The notes beneath the pieces were generated by a model, which saw only the letters and a program-made list of their open reading frames with translations, was not told the origin of the DNA and searched no databases. DNA of 64,000 nt from an uncultured Rhodospirillaceae bacterium (GTDB taxonomy: Bacteria > Pseudomonadota > Alphaproteobacteria > UBA2966), in NCBI GenBank assembly GCA_964528595.1, contig CAZGTM010000002.1:31646-95645 (forward strand), written 5' to 3'. The translations under genes and the position numbers were made by a program. Positions 16,710 through 28,742 of this stretch are shown piece by piece; positions within the stretch are counted from its first letter, which is position 1; every line of letters begins with the position of its first letter.

Positions 16710-18083
16710 ATGAACGATCAGGGCAATCCTCCGGTTGGGGACAATCAACCGTCATCCATGTTCTTCTGGCCGACGCCGGACCGTCCCATGGTGGACCGGG
16801 GCGACGGCATTTATCTCTGGGACACCGCAGACAAGCGGTACATCGACGCCAGTTCCGGGCCGCAAACCACCAATCTCGGGCACGGCAACAAGCGCGTGCT
16901 GGCGGCGATGCAGGCCCAGGCCGAGAAGGTCTCCTACGCTTTTCGCAGCCATTTCCTCAACGAGCCCGCCGAACTGCTGGCCAAAGAGATTGCCGCCGCC
17001 GCACCCGATCCGCTGGACATGGCATTCTTCTGCTCCGGCGGTTCGGAAGCGGTCGAGACCTGCATTAAGCTGGCCCGCCAGTACGCTTTGGCGACGGGAG
17101 AGGATACCCGTTACAAGGTCATCTCCCGTATCCCCTCCTACCACGGCACGACCTTGGGCGCGTTGGCGCTGACCGGCGATCCGGCCGGTTTTTCCATGTT
17201 CGCGCCGATGATGGTCAACCAGCCCAAAATCCCCGCCCCCTTCTGCCGCTACCGCCCGGCGGGCCAGACGGAGGACGAGGCGGCGCTCGGCTTCGCCAAT
17301 GCGCTGGAGACCGAAATCGTTAACCAGGGACCGGAGACTGTACTTGCTTTCATCATCGAGCCTGTGGGCGGCGCCTCGACCGGCGCGCTGACGGCGCCGG
17401 ACATCTATTACAAACGCATCCGCGAAATCTGCGACAAATACGGCGTGCTGTTGATCTTCGACGAGGTCATGTCGGGCGCCGGCCGCTGCGGCAAATTCCT
17501 CTCGGCCGAATACTGGCCCGACGCCCTGCCCGACATCGTCGCCCTGGCCAAGGGACTGGCAGCCGGCTACATGCCTTTGGGCGCCTGTCTCGCCCCGCGC
17601 GAAATGGTCGAGACCGTCCAAGCGCGTGGCGGTTTCATGCACGGCCACACCTACTCCGCCAGCCCCATCGCCTGCGCCGTAGGCCGCGCCGTGCTGAAGG
17701 AATACACCGACTACGGTTTGATCGAGAACGCCGCCAGGATGGGGATGATCCTCAAGGCGCGTCTGGAGGAACTACTGGAGCGCTATGAGTTCATCGGTGA
17801 AGTGCGCGGCAAGGGCCTGCTGCTCGCCTTCGATGTCATGGCCGACCGCGAGACCGGCACGCCGCTGCCACCGGAGCTGAACGCCCACCTTCGATTGGCC
17901 CAGGAAGCCTATGACCGGGGTCTGATCATCTACTCACGCCGCGTCATGGGCGGCGCCCGCGGTGATCATTTCCTCGTCACGCCGGCCCTGACTATTACCG
18001 AAGCGCAAATCGACGAGATCATGGACCTGCTGGTCCAGTCCCTCGACGCCTTCGCCCCGGAAGTACGGGCGGCGCTGGCTTAA
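16710..18083 (+). CDS. Class-III PLP-dependent aminotransferase (omega-transaminase family)
   Basis: Motifs include GHGNKRV, FFCSGGSEAVETCIKLAR, IFDEVMSGAGRCGK and LAKGL, which has the PLP lysine context. Length and domain order fit this family. Confidence 0.9.
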   Translation: MNDQGNPPVGDNQPSSMFFWPTPDRPMVDRGDGIYLWDTADKRYIDASSGPQTTNLGHGNKRVLAAMQAQAEKVSYAFRSHFLNEPAELLAKEIAAAAPDPLDMAFFCSGGSEAVETCIKLARQYALATGEDTRYKVISRIPSYHGTTLGALALTGDPAGFSMFAPMMVNQPKIPAPFCRYRPAGQTEDEAALGFANALETEIVNQGPETVLAFIIEPVGGASTGALTAPDIYYKRIREICDKYGVLLIFDEVMSGAGRCGKFLSAEYWPDALPDIVALAKGLAAGYMPLGACLAPREMVETVQARGGFMHGHTYSASPIACAVGRAVLKEYTDYGLIENAARMGMILKARLEELLERYEFIGEVRGKGLLLAFDVMADRETGTPLPPELNAHLRLAQEAYDRGLIIYSRRVMGGARGDHFLVTPALTITEAQIDEIMDLLVQSLDAFAPEVRAALA

Positions 18084-18084
18084 A

Positions 18085-19419
<1,335 letters not shown>

Positions 19420-20247
19420 TCACGACTTGGCAACGCGGTCGAAGTCCATGAGTTGGCCCAACAGCGCCGGCATCTCCGAAATCGGCACCATGTTGGGGCC
19501 ATCGGAGGGGGCGTTGTCGGGATCGGGATGGGTTTCCATGAAGACGCCGGCGACGCCGACTGCAACGGCGGCGCGGGCCAAAACCGGGACGTACTTGCGC
19601 TCCCCGCCCGAGGTCTCGCCCTGCCCACCCGGCTGCTGCACCGAGTGCGTTGCGTCAAAGATCACCGGATGGCCGGTCTCCGCCAAGGTCGGCAAGCCGC
19701 GCATGTCGGAAACCAGCGTGTTGTAGCCGAAGCTGGTGCCGCGTTCGGTCAGCAATACGTTGTCGTTGCCCGCGCCGGTGACCTTGGCGGCGACATTTTT
19801 CATATCCCAGGGCGCCAGAAACTGGCCCTTCTTGATATTGACTGCCTTGCCGGTCGCCGCCGCCGCCAGCAGCAGGTCCGTCTGGCGGCAGAGAAAGGCC
19901 GGAATTTGCAGCACGTCGACAACGTCTGCAACGCCCGCGCACTGTTCCGCGGTGTGGACATCGGTCAACACGGGACATCCGATTTCCGCTTTGACCTCCG
20001 CAAAGATCGGCAGCGAGGCTTCCAGGCCGAGGCCGCGCTCACTGGCGGCACTGGTGCGGTTGGCCTTATCGAAGGACGTTTTGTAGATCAAGCCGATGCC
20101 GAGTTCGTCGGTCATGCGCTTGAGTTCGCCGGCCGTCGACAGCGCCAGTTCCCGGTTTTCCAACTGGCAAGGTCCGGCAATCAGCGTCAGCGGCAGGTCG
20201 TTGCCGACTTTGACATTGCCGATTTGGACTTGCCGGGGTGCCGCCAT
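19420..20247 (-). CDS. kdsA: 3-deoxy-8-phosphooctulonate synthase
   Basis: Motifs present are [37 protein letters not shown] and NIKKGQF. Confidence 0.95.
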   Translation of the reverse strand: MAAPRQVQIGNVKVGNDLPLTLIAGPCQLENRELALSTAGELKRMTDELGIGLIYKTSFDKANRTSAASERGLGLEASLPIFAEVKAEIGCPVLTDVHTAEQCAGVADVVDVLQIPAFLCRQTDLLLAAAATGKAVNIKKGQFLAPWDMKNVAAKVTGAGNDNVLLTERGTSFGYNTLVSDMRGLPTLAETGHPVIFDATHSVQQPGGQGETSGGERKYVPVLARAAVAVGVAGVFMETHPDPDNAPSDGPNMVPISEMPALLGQLMDFDRVAKS

Positions 20248-20250
20248 CGG

Positions 20251-21909
<1,659 letters not shown>

Positions 21910-21910
21910 T

Positions 21911-21957
21911 CACAAATTAAAAGAGGCGGCAAATTTACCGCCTCGGAGTTTTTTTCG
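21911..21957. terminator. Bidirectional intrinsic terminator between secG and pyrG
   Basis: The stem GAGGCGG-caaattta-CCGCCTC has T-runs on both strands: GGAGTTTTTTT on the + strand and TTTTAATTT on the - strand. Confidence 0.75.
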
Positions 21958-21960
21958 CCT

Positions 21961-22278
21961 TTACTGGCTGGGCACCGATGGCCCCGCCGGTAGAGCGGGC
22001 TCTTCGGCCGCCGGCGCCTGGTCGATCACCGACGTCGGCTCCCTGTGATCGCCGGCCAGAAGGGCCAGCAGAATGCTGGTTGCGAAGAAGCCCGCCGCCA
22101 GGAACGCCGTCGTGCGCGTCAGCAGATTGGCTGCGCCGCGTCCGGTCATCAAACCGCCGCCGGCGCCGCCACCACTACCGCCGATACCCAGGGCGCCGCC
22201 CTCGGAGCGCTGCAGCAGTACGGTGACGATCATCGCGACCGCAAGCATCAAATGAATGACGAGAATAATGGAGATCAT
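21961..22278 (-). CDS. secG: Preprotein translocase subunit SecG
   Basis: Two transmembrane segments flank a Gly-rich loop: LLQRSEGGALGIGGSGGGAGGGLMTGRG. The gene sits in the conserved position beside pyrG. Confidence 0.85.
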   Translation of the reverse strand: MISIILVIHLMLAVAMIVTVLLQRSEGGALGIGGSGGGAGGGLMTGRGAANLLTRTTAFLAAGFFATSILLALLAGDHREPTSVIDQAPAAEEPALPAGPSVPSQ

Positions 22279-22436
22279 CGCCCGTTAGCCTTCAGTTCAA
22301 ATCAGGGGGAGCGGCAAATTCGCCGCGCCGAGGCGTATATATACCTCCCCGGCGCCAATTTCCAGTGGAGAGTTAGGCTTGAGTAACCGGGATCTCAAGA
22401 ATTGGGGGCGACGCCACGCAAGCCAATAGCCGGAAA

Positions 22437-23198
22437 TTACCCCGCCGCTTCCACGATCGGCCAGAAAGTCTCGGGTTTGAGCGCGGCGCCGCCGATCAAT
22501 CCGCCGTTGACGTTCTCCACGGCCATGATGGCGACGGCGTTCTCCGGCTTCATCGAACCGCCGTACAGCAGGCGCATGCCACCGCCCTCCTCACCGAATC
22601 GAGCCGCCAACAGTTCGCGTAGCCGGTCGTGGACTTCGGCGATGTCGTCCGTTGTTGGTGTCCGGCCGGTGCCGATGGCCCAGACGGGCTCATAAGCTAC
22701 GACTGTATTGGCTGCCGTGGCACCGTCGGGCACGGAAGCCGTGATCTGCTTTTCAACGACTTTGAGCGCATCGCCGGCGTCACGCTCGGCCTCGGTTTCC
22801 CCGATACAGACGATCGCGATCAGGCTGGCGCGCCAGCCCGCTTCAGCTTTGGCGCGGACATCGACATCGCTTTCGCCGTGATCGGTGCGCCGTTCAGAGT
22901 GACCGACGATGACGTATGTTGCCCCGCAATCGGCAATCATTTCGGCCGAGACGTCGCCGGTGTGCGCGCCGCCCTCCGCCGCGTGGCAGTCCTGCGCCCC
23001 GAGGGCAACGGTGCCGCCGGTGAGTGCTGCGCCGGCGTCGACCAGCAGATGCGCCGGCGGACAGATCAGGACGTCACAATCCACAGGAGCGGAATTGCGT
23101 TGGGCTTCGGCGATTCCCGCAGCCAGCTCCCGTCCGCCCTCCCGCAAACCATTCATTTTCCAATTACCGGCGACGAGAGAGCGTGGGGTGGACGTCAT
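22437..23198 (-). CDS. tpiA: Triosephosphate isomerase
   Basis: Motifs present are VAGNWKMNG, AYEPVWAIGTG and GGSMKPENA. Confidence 0.95.
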   Translation of the reverse strand: MTSTPRSLVAGNWKMNGLREGGRELAAGIAEAQRNSAPVDCDVLICPPAHLLVDAGAALTGGTVALGAQDCHAAEGGAHTGDVSAEMIADCGATYVIVGHSERRTDHGESDVDVRAKAEAGWRASLIAIVCIGETEAERDAGDALKVVEKQITASVPDGATAANTVVAYEPVWAIGTGRTPTTDDIAEVHDRLRELLAARFGEEGGGMRLLYGGSMKPENAVAIMAVENVNGGLIGGAALKPETFWPIVEAAG

Positions 23199-23416
23199 GA
23201 TGGACCTTTCAATCGGGGGCTGTTTAGGATGTCCGCGTTGTGTAGCAAATGCCGTCGGAAATAGCCATATCCGCCCACATAATCGTGTTCGGAAACGGCG
23301 CGGTTTGCGTGTTGCAGCGAACCGAGGCGGCCCCTATGATGCCGCCCGCAATCGGCGGCGGAATTGCAGAGGCGTTCCGCCCGGTTGGATCTTTTTTGGC
23401 GAGGAGCTAACAAGGC

Positions 23417-25303
23417 ATGCTGGAAGCCTTACGCAGAGGTACGGGGTCGTGGGTCGTCAAGGGCCTGCTGGGCCTTTTGGTCGTGAGTTTCGCGATCTGG
23501 GGCATCGGACGGGACACATTTTCCAACTTCGGCGGCAATAACGTCGCGACGGTTGGCGAACTTGAGATCAGCCCAAACGAATTTAACGACGAGTACCAGC
23601 GCGAAATCCGCCGCCTATCGGCGCAGTTCGGCGGCCAGATCGACACGGAGCGGGCGCGGCAACTGGGATTGCCGGAAGCCGTGCTGCAGCGCCTGATCAC
23701 ACGCGCGCTTTACGACCAGGGCGTGACCGACTTTTCGCTGGCGGTACCCGATAACGTCGTCGCCGCCGACATCCGCAACAACCCGGCCTTCAAGGACGAC
23801 CGCGGTAATTTCGACCGCTTCCAGTATGAAGGCGTCCTGCGCAATGCCGGTATGTCGCCCACTTACTACGAGTTCCTGACGCGCCGCGACATGCTGCGGG
23901 AGCAGCTGCTGGGCGCCGTCACCGGCGGCGCCGTCGCACCCAAGGCACAGGCTGCCGCTGTCTACCGCTATCGCAACGAGAAGCGCGTGGCTGAGCTCGT
24001 GGTCATCGAGAATTCCTCGATCAACAATATCCCGGCGCCGGACGAAGCGGCGTTGGCCAAGCATCACCAGGACAACAAACCCCGCTATACCGCGCCTGAA
24101 TACCGCGCCCTTACCTGGGTGGTCCTGGCGCCCGAGGATCTGGCCGATGACATTGCTGTCACCGAGGACCAGATCGAAGACGAATATGAAAACCGTCTTG
24201 ACGAATTCACCGTGCTGGAACGGCGCGACCTCGACCAGCTCCTGTATGCCGAGGAGGACCAAGCCAAGGCCGCTCACAGGCGCCTTGCCGAAGGCGCCGA
24301 CTTCAAGGAGGTCGCCAAGGCCCAAGAGAACATTCAGGGCGACAATACTAGCCTCGGCCTGCGCCTGAACACTGACCTGCCGGAAGAAACGCGCGAGGCC
24401 GCCTTCAACGCTGAGAAAGGCGCTGTCACCGCGCCGGTGAATAGCCTGTTCGGTTGGCATATCTACCGGGTGAACGAAATACAGCCGGGCAGCGTCAAGA
24501 CCCTGGACACCGTCAGCACGGATCTCAGACGGCAAATCCAGTTACGCGGCGCGGCAGACGGTCTCTACGATCTTTCCGCCCGGCTTGAAGACGAACTGGC
24601 GGGCGGCGCCTCCTTGGAAGATGCGGCCCAGCGTTTTGCCTTGAAGATCCAGACTTCCCAGGCCGTGGACGCCCAGGGCTTCGATGAAAACAACAAGGCC
24701 GCGGACTTACCCAAGCTGGCCGAATTCCTTCCCACCGCATTTGAAACCGAGGAAGGATCGGACCCCCTGCTGAATGAAACCCAGTCCGGCAGCTATTTCA
24801 TGGTGCGGGTCGACGGCATCACGCCCCCCGCCCTGAGGCCGCTTGAAAAGGTACGCGAGGCTGTGACCGCCGACTGGAAGGTGGCCCAGCGCAGTGATGC
24901 CGCCGCCAAAAAGGCGGAGGCGATGATCGAAGCGCTCAAAGGCGGCTCCGACCTGGCGACCCGGGCAAAGGAAGCCGGCGCTGAAATGACGACGTCCAAG
25001 GATATGACGCGCTTTTCGACCGCCGGCGAAGCGAGTGTTTCCCATACCTTGCTTGCCAACCTCTTCAAATTGAAGGTGGGCGAGTACACCAGCGCGCCGA
25101 ATCCCACCGGTACGGCTCACGTTGTCGCCCGTCTGAAAACCGTGACGGCGGCGAACCCCCTGGCAGCCGAAGCCGACCTGAAAGCGCTGACGCGCCAGCT
25201 CCGCTCGGGCGTCCATGCCGATCTTCTGGCCCAATACCGCACGGCGCTGCAAAACCGGCACGAGATTGTGATCAACCGCCACATCCTCGACCAGCTATTT
25301 TAA
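23417..25303 (+). CDS. ppiD: Periplasmic chaperone / peptidyl-prolyl isomerase with a SurA-like N-terminal domain (PpiD-like)
   Basis: An N-terminal transmembrane anchor (VVKGLLGLLVVSFAIWGI) is followed by a SurA-N-like domain and a parvulin-like region. A GAGGAG Shine-Dalgarno sequence lies upstream. The gene sits directly before trpE, as it does in related genomes. Confidence 0.75.
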   Translation: MLEALRRGTGSWVVKGLLGLLVVSFAIWGIGRDTFSNFGGNNVATVGELEISPNEFNDEYQREIRRLSAQFGGQIDTERARQLGLPEAVLQRLITRALYDQGVTDFSLAVPDNVVAADIRNNPAFKDDRGNFDRFQYEGVLRNAGMSPTYYEFLTRRDMLREQLLGAVTGGAVAPKAQAAAVYRYRNEKRVAELVVIENSSINNIPAPDEAALAKHHQDNKPRYTAPEYRALTWVVLAPEDLADDIAVTEDQIEDEYENRLDEFTVLERRDLDQLLYAEEDQAKAAHRRLAEGADFKEVAKAQENIQGDNTSLGLRLNTDLPEETREAAFNAEKGAVTAPVNSLFGWHIYRVNEIQPGSVKTLDTVSTDLRRQIQLRGAADGLYDLSARLEDELAGGASLEDAAQRFALKIQTSQAVDAQGFDENNKAADLPKLAEFLPTAFETEEGSDPLLNETQSGSYFMVRVDGITPPALRPLEKVREAVTADWKVAQRSDAAAKKAEAMIEALKGGSDLATRAKEAGAEMTTSKDMTRFSTAGEASVSHTLLANLFKLKVGEYTSAPNPTGTAHVVARLKTVTAANPLAAEADLKALTRQLRSGVHADLLAQYRTALQNRHEIVINRHILDQLF

Positions 25304-25312
25304 CGCCCCATC

Positions 25313-26836
25313 ATGGCCATCGTCCCCGACTTCGAAGATTTCCAGAAATCCTACGACGCGGGGCAGCCTCAGGTCGTCTCCACAACACTTGTGGCCGACC
25401 TGGAAACGCCGGTTTCCGCCATGCTCAAGCTGGCGGACGGTCTGGCCAACAGTTTTCTGTTGGAATCGGTTGAGGGCGGCGCCGTCAGGGCGCGCTATTC
25501 AATTATCGGCCTAAAACCCGACATTTTGTGGCGCTGTTCCGGAAACGGGGCTGAGATCAACCGTAACGCCCGCTTCGACGCCGAGGATTTTACACCCTGC
25601 GAGGAACCGGCTCTCGACAGCCTGCGGGCCTTGGTCGAGGAATCGCGCATCGACGATATGCCCGTCGACCTGCCCCCCATGGCGGCCGGCGTGGTCGGTT
25701 ACATGTCCTACGACATGGTGCGCCTGATGGAGAACATCCCGGACGAAAACCCCGACGCGTTGGGCATTCCCGACGGTATATTCATGCGGCCGACGATCAT
25801 GGCGATCTTCGATTCGGTGAACGATCTGTTCACCGTGATCACGCCCGTGCGTCCGGCGGATGGAGTCGGCGCCAAGGCAGCGTACGCCCTGGCCCGCGAA
25901 CGCCTCGCCGACATCGTCGCCGATATGGAACGCAGCCTGCATTACGCCCGGGAGCGCACATCACGCGACCACGAGGCGCCGGAACCGATTTCCAACACCA
26001 CGCGCGAGGAATATTGCGACATGGTGGAGAAGGCCAAGGAATACATCGCCGCCGGCGATATTTTCCAGGTCGTGCCTTCCATGCGCTTCCGGGTGCCCTT
26101 CAATCTGCCGCCTTTTGCGCTTTACCGGGCGCTGCGCCGCACCAACCCGGCCCCCTTCCTGTTCTTCCAGAACTTCGGGGATTTTTCGGTGGTGGGGTCG
26201 AGCCCGGAAATCCTGGTGCGCCTGCGCGACGAAAAAGTCACCATTCGTCCCCTGGCCGGCACCCGCCCCCGGGGCGAGACGCCCGAAGAGGACGAGGCGC
26301 TGGCCGCCGATCTCCTGGCCGACCCGAAGGAACTGGCGGAGCACCTCATGCTGCTGGATTTGGGCCGCAACGACGTCGGACGCGTCGCAAAAATCGGCAG
26401 CGTCAAGGTCACGGAACAGACCAAGGTCGAACGCTACTCCCACGTCATGCATATCGTCTCCAACGTCGAGGGCGACATCGACCCCAAACACGACGCCATC
26501 GACGCCCTGATCGGCGGCTTCCCGGCCGGCACGGTGAGCGGGGCGCCCAAGGTCCGGGCGATGGAGATCATCGACGAGTTGGAGAAGGAACGCCGCGGCA
26601 TCTACGCCGGCGCGGTCGGCTACTTCGCCGCCAACGGCACCATGGACACCTGTATCGTACTGCGCACGGCCCTGGTCAAGGACGGCACCATGTACGTGCA
26701 GGCCGGCGCCGGCGTCGTCGCCGACAGCGATCCCCAGCCGGAGTACCAGGAGTGCGTCAACAAAGCCAAGGCGCTGGTGCGGGCGGCCGAGGAAGCGATC
26801 AGGTTCGCGTCACGCTCCGGAACGTCGGTGGGGTAA
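25313..26836 (+). CDS. trpE: Anthranilate synthase component I
   Basis: Motifs present are LLESVEGG, a chorismate-binding domain with GAVGYF, and the GT..GAPK.RAMEII motif. Confidence 0.95.
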   Translation: MAIVPDFEDFQKSYDAGQPQVVSTTLVADLETPVSAMLKLADGLANSFLLESVEGGAVRARYSIIGLKPDILWRCSGNGAEINRNARFDAEDFTPCEEPALDSLRALVEESRIDDMPVDLPPMAAGVVGYMSYDMVRLMENIPDENPDALGIPDGIFMRPTIMAIFDSVNDLFTVITPVRPADGVGAKAAYALARERLADIVADMERSLHYARERTSRDHEAPEPISNTTREEYCDMVEKAKEYIAAGDIFQVVPSMRFRVPFNLPPFALYRALRRTNPAPFLFFQNFGDFSVVGSSPEILVRLRDEKVTIRPLAGTRPRGETPEEDEALAADLLADPKELAEHLMLLDLGRNDVGRVAKIGSVKVTEQTKVERYSHVMHIVSNVEGDIDPKHDAIDALIGGFPAGTVSGAPKVRAMEIIDELEKERRGIYAGAVGYFAANGTMDTCIVLRTALVKDGTMYVQAGAGVVADSDPQPEYQECVNKAKALVRAAEEAIRFASRSGTSVG

Positions 26837-26844
26837 AAAAGAAA

Positions 26845-26925
26845 CCTGGATTCCGGCTTTCGCCGGAATGACGATGAATAAATTCATCTCTAATGGCGTC
26901 ACTCCGGCGAAAGCCGGAGTCCAGG
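26845..26925. repeat. Long nested palindrome, probably a bidirectional terminator, between convergent trpE and copZ
   Basis: The arms are 29 nt: cctggattccggctttcgccggaatgacg / cgtcactccggcgaaagccggagtccagg. As RNA they form 27 Watson-Crick pairs, 1 G-U pair and 1 mismatch. Each arm has an internal tccggc-tttc-gccgga hairpin. The loop holds gatgaat-aaa-ttcatc. T-rich tracts flank both sides. Confidence 0.7.
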
Positions 26926-26971
26926 TGGTTTGTTCTCAACAAAGAGACGCAATTCTCGATCTCTATTCCGT

Positions 26972-27169
26972 CTACCCCAAACCCTTGAACTCGAACCCGG
27001 CGTCTTCGATGGCGGCGGCGATTTGGTGTTGTTCGCCGCCCGTCACATTGACCTTGCCGGCTTCCAGTTCCACCGACACGTCTGCGTCGGCGACCTTGTT
27101 CTTGATGGCGTTGGTGACGGCGTTGACGCAGCCTTGGCAGGTCATGCCTTCGACGAGGTAGATGGTCAT
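26972..27169 (-). CDS. copZ: Heavy-metal-associated (HMA) copper chaperone, CopZ-like
   Basis: The protein is 65 aa. GMTCQGC is the metal-binding loop and the rest has the βαββαβ composition. Confidence 0.85.
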   Translation of the reverse strand: MTIYLVEGMTCQGCVNAVTNAIKNKVADADVSVELEAGKVNVTGGEQHQIAAAIEDAGFEFKGLG

Positions 27170-27196
27170 TGTCGAACTCCTGAATAAACTAACGAA

Positions 27197-28288
27197 TTAC
27201 ATGGCCCGGCGGTGTTTGATGACGGTGCTCACCGGCACCAGTGCGAAACCGGCTTCCTCAAGTGTGGATATCCAAGCCTCCACCGCCTTGATGGTGTTGG
27301 TGTGGGGGTGTCCGATGGCGATGGCGTAGCCCTTGCGCCGGGCCAGGGCTTCGACCTTGGCCAATTGCTCCGCAATTTTGTCCGGTGCCACGTGGTTGTC
27401 GATGAAGATGTCCCGGGGCGCAAACGGAACGCCGTTTTTGGCCGCCAGCCGGGCTGCCACCGAACGGCTGGTCGTCAGGCTGTCGATGTACAAAAGACCG
27501 CGCCGGCGCACCTCCTCCATCACGATCGCCATGCCGCGTTCGTTGCTGGTGAAAGCGCTGCCCATGTGGTTGTTGAAGCCGACATAGCCCTCGAAACGGT
27601 CGAGCCCCCAGCGCAGGCGGCGGCGGATTTCGGCTTCGTCCAGGTCATTACTCAAGGCGTTGGGCCCAGTATCGAAATGATGGTCCTTGGGCTCCATGGG
27701 AAAGTGCACCATCAGCTCGTGGCCGGCGGCGCGCGCGGCGTCCGTTTGCTGTTCGAGATCCTCGGCATAGGTCAGGAAAGCCATGGTCAGCGGGCCGGGC
27801 AACCGCATCGCCCGCACGGTGTTGCGCCGGTTCATGCCCAGATCGTCGATCACGATGGCGATCATCGGCTTGCCGGCCGGATCCGGCACCGTCACGGCAT
27901 GACGCTCCCAGGCTTCGGCCTCAAGATCGATCTGTTCGCCAAAATCCCGCTCATTAACGCCGACGCTTTCCGGGGCCGCATAGGCCAGGGCGTCGCCCGG
28001 TTCGCGGGCGGCCAGCTCGGAAACGGCCGAACTCGGCGGCACGGGAACGGCTTCCGAAGTCTCTGCCCCCTCGTCTTCCACGGGCTCGGGCGCTGGCGGA
28101 ATAGGAATGGCGATGTCTTCGGGCTTCGTTCCGATCACCACAACCGCGTGTCGCTGCGGCTCAATCTTTTCGGGCTTGGCGGTGTCTTTCAGGAAATATC
28201 CGATGACCGCCCCGCCCCCCAGGCCGAGGACGAGCGCCAGGCCGCCAACGACGGCATAACCAAAGGGACGCGTGGCTAGATGCAGCAT
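27197..28288 (-). CDS. Divergent polysaccharide deacetylase family protein (YibQ-like) with an N-terminal transmembrane anchor and a Pro/Glu-rich linker
   Basis: MIAIVIDDLG, FLTYAED, HFPMEP, NNHMGS and AIGHPH match the YibQ family. The gene is packed between cueR and copZ with gaps of 7 and 27 nt. Confidence 0.8.
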   Translation of the reverse strand: MLHLATRPFGYAVVGGLALVLGLGGGAVIGYFLKDTAKPEKIEPQRHAVVVIGTKPEDIAIPIPPAPEPVEDEGAETSEAVPVPPSSAVSELAAREPGDALAYAAPESVGVNERDFGEQIDLEAEAWERHAVTVPDPAGKPMIAIVIDDLGMNRRNTVRAMRLPGPLTMAFLTYAEDLEQQTDAARAAGHELMVHFPMEPKDHHFDTGPNALSNDLDEAEIRRRLRWGLDRFEGYVGFNNHMGSAFTSNERGMAIVMEEVRRRGLLYIDSLTTSRSVAARLAAKNGVPFAPRDIFIDNHVAPDKIAEQLAKVEALARRKGYAIAIGHPHTNTIKAVEAWISTLEEAGFALVPVSTVIKHRRAM

Positions 28289-28295
28289 TTGCGCA

Positions 28296-28730
28296 CTATT
28301 CCGCCGCGTCCGTTAAAGTTTCGTTTCCCTGCTCTGATATTTCCCACCCGATCAGGTCGTCGAGAATGGGGCAATCCGGCCGGTCGTCACCATGGCAGCG
28401 CTCGGTCAGGTGGGTCAGGGTTCGCTTCATGCTCAACAGTTCCTCGACTTTGCGGTCGATGTCGTCAATACGCTCCAGCGCCAGCTTCTTGACGTCGGCG
28501 CTGGCCCGACCGCGGTCCCGGTAAAGCGACAAAAGCTCACCGACCTGGGCAACGGTAAATCCCAAGCCGCGCGCCCGGTTGACAAAACCCAGCATGCGGA
28601 TGTCCGTCTCGTCGTAGGCACGGTAGCCGTTGGCCGCGCGTTTGGCCGGACCGACCAAGCCGATGCTTTCGTAATAACGAATATTTTTGGGCGCAACGCC
28701 GGAACGGGCGGCGGCTTCACCGATATTCAT
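28296..28730 (-). CDS. cueR: MerR-family Cu(I)-responsive transcriptional regulator (CueR/HmrR-like)
   Basis: The MerR HTH reads MNIGEAAARSGVAPKNIRYYESIGLV. A dimerisation helix follows. C-HGDDRPD-C forms a Cys pair spaced 8 residues apart, as in CueR. Confidence 0.85.
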   Translation of the reverse strand: MNIGEAAARSGVAPKNIRYYESIGLVGPAKRAANGYRAYDETDIRMLGFVNRARGLGFTVAQVGELLSLYRDRGRASADVKKLALERIDDIDRKVEELLSMKRTLTHLTERCHGDDRPDCPILDDLIGWEISEQGNETLTDAAE

Positions 28731-28742
28731 GTCAAACCTCCA

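Noticed and set aside
16752-17648. Long antisense ORF inside the aminotransferase gene
   Set aside because: The same reasoning applies. Other long antisense ORFs were rejected for the same reason: 18277..19413, 19453..20265, 20476..21888, 23615..24535, 27212..28279, 28899..30026, 34455..35570, 46209..47156 and 51043..52353.
26868-27161. 97-aa ORF spanning the palindromic element and antisense to copZ
   Set aside because: It starts inside the hairpin loop and overlaps copZ on the opposite strand, so it is spurious.
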